A DNA stretch of 64,000 nt from Lama glama (taxonomy: Eukaryota): assembly GCA_028534125.1 (NCBI GenBank), contig CM052818.1, forward strand, positions 1,304,001-1,368,000, in the 5' to 3' direction. The notes beneath the pieces were generated by a model. It made no database searches. It saw nothing but the letters and a program-made list of their open reading frames with translations, and was not told where the DNA came from. Positions 61,351 to 64,000 of this stretch are shown one piece after another; the stretch's first letter is position 1, and each line of letters opens with the position of its first letter. A program made the position numbers and the translations under genes.

Positions 61351-63859
61351 TCTTTATTATATTGTTTCTGTTGCCGTGACTTGAAGCAGTTGCTGTAGGC
61401 TTTTAGTAGGGGAGGATAAAATTCAAAAAAAAACGGATGAAATTAAAATAAGATGAGAATCTAAAAATAATGACAAGGACAAGGAAACTACAATCAGGTG
61501 TTACCGCTGCTTTTTATGTGTCTTGCTGGTTGGGTTCATTATTTTATTTAATCTTCAAAATAACCCCGAGACCAGATTCAGTTGTAACAGCTAGAGCTAA
61601 CCAGTATCATGGGACTCAGGTGTCATTATTACCATTTCACATCAGATTGATTAGGTAACTTTCTTAGGGTTGTACAGCTAATCAGTAGTAGAACTGGGAT
61701 TTGAATCAAGATTTTTTCCCACTGTGGTGTTGCCACAAAATAGCTAGTAGTCTACGTTCATTGTACATGTAAATGCTGCAGAAATGTTTAACTGAGAAAT
61801 ATCCTGAGAAAGTTCTTTTGAAGAATATTAGATTACATACATTTCCAGGGAGGGACTCCATTTTCTATGGCTATGCAACAGAGCCTGTTAAATGAATTTG
61901 GTTTATTTCCAGGCCTCCAGGATTAATTCTGATTTAGCAAGGTCCAGTCTGGCATGCTGCAGCTGCAATTTGGGGAAATTATTTGGAATCTAATTTCAGT
62001 GAATTCAAGATTACAAGGCAAAAACTTACAGGGCTGTTGCTGAAGAACATCTCATGTTAAATTGTTGTGTGCTCACTGTCTTAGATGGTTACTGTGGTGA
62101 AGCCAGATTTGATAGTGTGCCGTCAGATTTACAGTTTCCTTCAAGGATTACAAAGATGACTTCATCAAGAGTTGCTTATCCACCAGGGACTGACAATATG
62201 TATCCTTTGGGTATTAACTCCTTCCCAGCTGTGTTTGTTCCCTCATCATTATTATTTCTTAATAAGCATTTATATAGCCCTTGGTTTTACATTTAGTTTT
62301 AATTGGCCTATTTTCAGTTTAGAAAGTTATGATTCGTATTGCTTTCAATTTCAGCAGACAGATAAAGTTAAGTGGCTTTTTAAAAACCACGCAGAGAAGT
62401 TGTAGTGGTACCAAGATGTATATCCCCAGCTCCAGATTGCTTTCATTGCCAATAGTAATCCTCTAGTCTCATTTTCTAGATTCTTATTTTGTTTTCTACT
62501 GAGCAGTTTTGGATTAAAATGGACCACTTTTGTCTTGTCTCCTACAATACTTAAGAAAGGAGCTAAGAACAGTTTGTTCACTATATTTAGCTTAAAAAAT
62601 TTTGGAGACCAGAGTAAGCTGAAAACAGCTTTTGTGGGTCTGCTTTGGGGCCCAGAAACTATTCGAGAGCACTTGTCGTAAGCTAATCATTGAGCTTTTA
62701 AAAAAGCCCCCATTTTTACGTTATATTAAATTTGTTTCTTGTTAAAGAGTATGTTGTGAATTAGGTGCCCCCTGCAATTGAGGTGCTGATGGATACTAAA
62801 TACACAGTTCTTTTCCTATTTCTATTTCATTGAAAAAAGAAACCCTCTTTTGCTGCTTAGATTGTGGAAACTCATTACTTACGGCTTCTACCTCACTGTT
62901 TTGTTTTTCTTAGGTTTATTTGATTGGACTCAATATTTTTTTTTCTTGGATTTAAAAATTTAAAAAATTACCTCAGTAAAGATTTCTAGTGCTTCCTTGG
63001 AGTGGAGATGTTATTCTTGGCAGAGGCTGGGAAGACACTCAGGTAGAGGAGTGGAAACTCCTTTTTCTAAATGCCCGTGCTATTCCTCTGAGTGGCAACC
63101 TTAAGGGGGTCTATGAACAGCTAGGTAGATTACTATAAGACTTGATAAAATTTATAAAAAGACGAAAACATCAGAGAGATTTTGCTTTCTATTACTTAGA
63201 AGATGTAAACGGTAATTTTCCCCCTGAACTCTAGGAGTGTTAGCGTATGAGAGTGTCAAGTTCTGCCCCTCTGCTCTCTGCTGCCCCAGCTTTTATTTAG
63301 CAAGATTCCTAATTTACAGAAAAATAGAAAGAACAGTCAACTAGATTCAGTAATTAATGATTAACATTTGCCATATTTACTTTTATCTGTACACACTTTC
63401 CTCTTTGAGCTTCAAATTGGCTTTTTATTGTATAACTGAGAGAAAATTAAGGTTAGTGTCACCAGTTAGTAGTTCTTATTTTCACATTCTTCCTGAAGAG
63501 TAGAACATTTTAATTTCTGAGTCATAAAACGAAGTAATTTTCTTTCCGATGTAAGTCACAATACAAACATGAAACATGTAATCACTCCCACCTTTAGGAT
63601 CTTGGGAGGCACAGCTAAAATGAGGAAGTAGGGGACTGATATCATCAATTCACATTCAGCTCAGAAGATGTTGAGTTGTTGTCAAGAATCCCAGTGTTTC
63701 CAAGCTGTGCCTCAGCAAGTGAATTACACACACAGCCATCCTAGTCTCTGTCCCAAACTTTCATTGTATATGCCCTGGAGTTGGAGATGAAGTAGGGAGA
63801 GGAAGGGTGGAAACAAACTAGAATTTTTTGGTTGAAGCTAGATGTGTTACATGTTAGCT

Positions 63860-64000
63860 CATTTAATAATACCATTGGCAGTGTTCTTACAGATATTAGC
63901 ATCTCCGTTTTATAGCTGAGGAGGCTGAAGTTCAGATAAGTTAAATAATTTGCCCAAAGTCACATACTAGTAGTAAGTAGAGGAGGAGTATTTTGAATTA
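63860..64000 (-). mobile_element. MIR SINE
   Basis: ccgttttatagctgaggaggctgaagttcagataagttaaataatttgcccaaagtcaca. Confidence 0.75.

Larger units (their letters stand above)
21397..64000 (+). other. EXOC6B: EXOC6B intron 1 (extends beyond the window)
   Basis: Donor at 21397; no exon encoding the expected continuation (SVYDGEEHGRF...) seen by eye; repeat-rich with mostly antisense L1. Confidence 0.75.

Noticed and set aside
21397..64000. EXOC6B exon 2
   Set aside because: No sequence encoding the expected continuation found by eye; presumably beyond the window.
1..64000. True tRNA genes, CRISPR arrays or prokaryote-type systems
   Set aside because: tRNA-like segments are SINE heads with tails and TSDs; no repeat-spacer array or operon structure; the sequence is mammalian.

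Overview
Mammalian genomic DNA, most likely a camelid (five tRNA-derived Vic-1-type SINEs and recent L1 3' ends), with a 500-N scaffold gap at 19670-20169. The only intact protein-coding sequence I can support is coding exon 1 of EXOC6B (21284-21396, + strand, in a CpG-island promoter). The rest of the window downstream appears to be its long first intron; I did not find exon 2. Most of the window is L1, L2, MIR, MaLR and ERV1 debris. Best leads: (1) a two-LTR ERV1 element (4135-10210, GCAG target-site duplication, splitting an MLT1) with no recognisable gag/pol but about 2.5 kb of antisense host-like cargo, which may be a decayed Hakai-family (CBLL1/CBLL2-like) gene copy; (2) a sense-oriented intronic ERV1 with mosaic gag/pro remnants ending in a MER41-like LTR that keeps a GAS site but has a mutated poly(A) signal; (3) a strong AG|GTAAGT recursive-splice or 45-nt cassette-exon signal at 53975-54025; (4) a tailless U2 snRNA retrocopy; (5) a rearranged L1. 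All repeat-family names and homologies come from recognition and memory, not from searches. Repeat boundaries are approximate unless a TSD is quoted.
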